A stretch of 64,000 bases of DNA from Mobula hypostoma (Eukaryota): positions 189,598,001-189,662,000 of the forward strand of contig NC_086097.1 of assembly GCF_963921235.1 (NCBI RefSeq), read 5' to 3'. The notes beneath the pieces are model-generated. The model did no database searches. It had not been told where the DNA came from and saw only the letters and a list, made by a program, of their open reading frames with translations. This document shows positions 61,340 through 64,000 of the stretch, piece after piece. How positions within the stretch are numbered: position 1 is the first letter of the stretch; each line of letters opens with the position of its first letter. The translations under genes were made by a program, and so were the position numbers.

Positions 61340-62139
61340 ACATATAATTACAACATTGAAAAAGCATTAGATAGGTACATGGATCGGAAAGGTTTTGACT
61401 GATACGGGACCAAAACAGCGAAATGGAACTGGCATAGGTGGGCACATTGTTGACCTGGATGAGTTAAACTGAAGGGCCTGTTCAGTAAACTCAGTATATG
61501 CATTTCGTCCCAGCACACTGTTCCAAAGCCCCAGGCTCTCAGAGTGTTCAGAAATGTAAAAATAACCCAAAACATTAAAGAGAAAGCATTGGTGATTATT
61601 AGCCTCTTTTGGCAATTTGTTCAATTGTTTCTATTTCAAAATTTTTAAATTTTGATTTTTTTAAACACCCAGAATCTGGAATTTTGGATTTTTGCATTTT
61701 ATTTGTGTACACATTTGCATTACTCAATATACATGGAAAAAGCAGAATGTATAGTGGCCAAATTTGAAGTACATGGAGGAGAACTAGTTAAAGGGTGAAT
61801 CACACATCACTGAAGTATATTCCACAAATAAATTTGCCATTTTAGCCGACAATGATGCTGTGACATCAAGTTCAGCTCACGTTTGTGGGAGGCTGCCCAG
61901 AATCAGTGCTGGTTCCATCCTAGAGTTAGATGTCAAATTGCATTTGAATTTGACCAACAAGCTAATTTTTTTTTGTTGTTTGCATTTTTGTCTACCATTC
62001 ATGCTATTTTTAAATGAGTAAAGTTTCTTTGCTAAATATCTTTTATATTTTGCTTCAGCAGTTTTAAAATCATTTGTCGTTTGCAGTTTCAAAAGGGAAT
62101 TTATTCATTTTACTGGTTTTCAGTTTACCTAGTAAAACA

Positions 62140-63560
62140 TACAAATTTATGAAACAAGAGGATTTTGGGCATAGCGTAGAAGACCAGGTATATAGGTGGA
62201 CAGAAAGCAGTTGCAGATTTGTGCAGAGAAATGGCAGGTAGAATTTAACCAGGCTAAGTGTGAGGTGTTGCAAATGTAAAGGAATAGTACACTGTGAATG
62301 GCAAGACCTTTGTCAGTAAAGAAACAGAGGAATCTTGGGGATCCATGTTCAAAATTCCTTGGAAATAGCTTCACATGTTGGTAAGATGGTAAAGGAGACT
62401 TATGGCATGCTTGACCTTATTAGTCAAGGCACTAAGTTGAAGTGTTGAGAAGTTATATAAAATTATATAACAGCATTAGGACTGAGGGTGGATCTGGATC
62501 AGAAGGAGAAAGAGAAATGGGAGGACTGGAGATAGACTGGAAAGTGGGCGTGGTGGTGAGGAAAACTGTTCAAATGTATCTGGAATGAACCGCCAAAGGA
62601 GATAGCAGAAACATATATAATTACAATGAAGGCCTTGGAGCTTTATAAAACTATAAAGCTTTAAAAACTGCATCTTTAGTATGGTATTTAATTCTGCTTG
62701 CCCCATTTTAGGAAGGAAGTGGAGGTTTTAGAGAGGGTCAGAAGAGGTTGCTAACTGGATTAGAGTCCATGTGCTATTAAGAGAGGTTGGGCAATCTTGG
62801 ATTGTTTTCTCTGAAGCTGCAGAGGCTGAGGAGAGACCTCATAGCAGTTTATAAGATTAAAAAGGTATTGATATAGTAGATAGCTAGTTTCTTTACACCA
62901 GGGTTGAAATGTCTAATACCGTAGGATATTTAAAGTGAGATGGGATAAGTTCAAACACAGATGTGCAGGGCAATTTTTGTTTTAAATGCAGAGATTGATG
63001 GGTGACTGGAATGCAATGCCAGGGGTGATGTGGAAGTAAATATGATAGTGACACTTAAGAGACTCTTAGATAAACACATGAATGTACAGAGAATAAAGGG
63101 ATATGGACATCGTGCAGGTAAAAGCGATTCGTTTAGTTAGGCATTTACCAGTTTAACTGGTTCAACACAGCATTGTGGGCCAAGGGGCTTGTCCCTGTGC
63201 TATGCTGTTCGATGTTCTTGATTTTTTTCCCACAAATGTCAAATGCTAGAGGGCATAGGTTTAAAGTGAGGGGTGGAGATGTTTGAAGGAGATACACATG
63301 GCAGCATTTTTCTTCCACAGATTGTGGTTGGTGCCTGGAACATATGGCCAGGAGTGGTGGTGGAAGCAGAAAGAGCAGTGGTATTTGACAGAATTTTAGC
63401 CAGCCACATGAATATGCAGGGAAAATATGGACATGGGCCATGTGCAGGCAGGAGTGGTTAGTTTAATTTGGCATCATGCTCGGCACAGATAGCACTTGTC
63501 AGTCTGTGACATCAAGGAGCCCCATTAAAGTCAAGGCCTGTTCCTGTGCTGTTGTTTTCT
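62140..63560 (+). mobile_element. Decayed CR1 3' fragments
   Basis: aaatggcaggtagaatttaa, gaggctgaggagagacctc, gcctggaac motifs. Confidence 0.65.
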
Positions 63561-63769
63561 ATAACCTTTATCTGTTGAAAGAGAAAGGGTGAGTATTTCA
63601 AGTGGAAGAATCTTTATCATATGTTTAATCTGAAATTTTTAACTCACTTTCCCTTTTCACATATGCTGCCTGTAGTCCTGAGTCTATCCAGTATCTTCCA
63701 TTCTTTGTACGTGGCCTATCAGCGCTGTCAACAGAGCTTTACCAAAAGGGATTACTCACAGGTTGGCAG

Positions 63770-64000
63770 CAGTTATTTAAAAAGGGAGCTTCGAGAGTGT
63801 TTGTCCATTAGACGTGGCCTATCAGTGGCTATAACCGGAGCACCAAACGTGAGTTAGATAGCAGGGAAGGTTCAGGCATAAAAGGGAGACATTGCCTAGC
63901 GGAGCGGTCATCGATGGAGTGATCTGAGGCAGAGTGGTAAGGCTTTGGCTTATTCGGGCTTTGGCGAGGTAAGTGGGTAAGTGGACTTCGTTTTTTTTAA
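63770..64000 (+). mobile_element. Probable 5'UTR of another CR1 running off the window
   Basis: ataaaagg...gcagagtggtaaggctttggcttattcgggctttggcg resembles 36315-36420 of the intact copy. Confidence 0.55.

Noticed and set aside
1..64000. CRISPR arrays, operons or prokaryotic systems; remaining short ORFs in the track
   Set aside because: The sequence is vertebrate intronic DNA with no regularly spaced repeat-spacer array. The short ORFs are antisense or shadow frames of TEs, or random.

Overview
Eukaryotic (vertebrate) DNA that is very rich in repeats. The CR1, Penelope, V-SINE and Rex1-like content suggests a cartilaginous fish, probably a ray (inference). The window appears to be mostly intronic sequence of a minus-strand RALYL (hnRNP C/RALY family) gene, with one confident coding exon at 13039-13202. 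Most of the rest is transposable element: many CR1 LINE fragments, Penelope-like elements with GIY-YIG endonuclease and minimal hammerhead ribozymes, Rex1/Babar-like and RTE fragments, SINEs and DNA transposons. Three highlights. (1) An apparently intact full-length CR1 (about 35998-40523) whose ATG-less ORF2 is joined to ORF1 by an in-frame T_TTA_AAC heptamer immediately before the ORF1 stop, which predicts virus-like -1 ribosomal frameshifting in a LINE. (2) A decayed Ty3/Gypsy (CsRn1-like) element fused in frame to a 5'-truncated R2 retrotransposon that sits outside rDNA yet carries 72 nt of its 28S target. (3) A nested composite DNA transposon with a 6-bp TSD. Boundaries of decayed repeats are approximate and were read by eye, without database searches.
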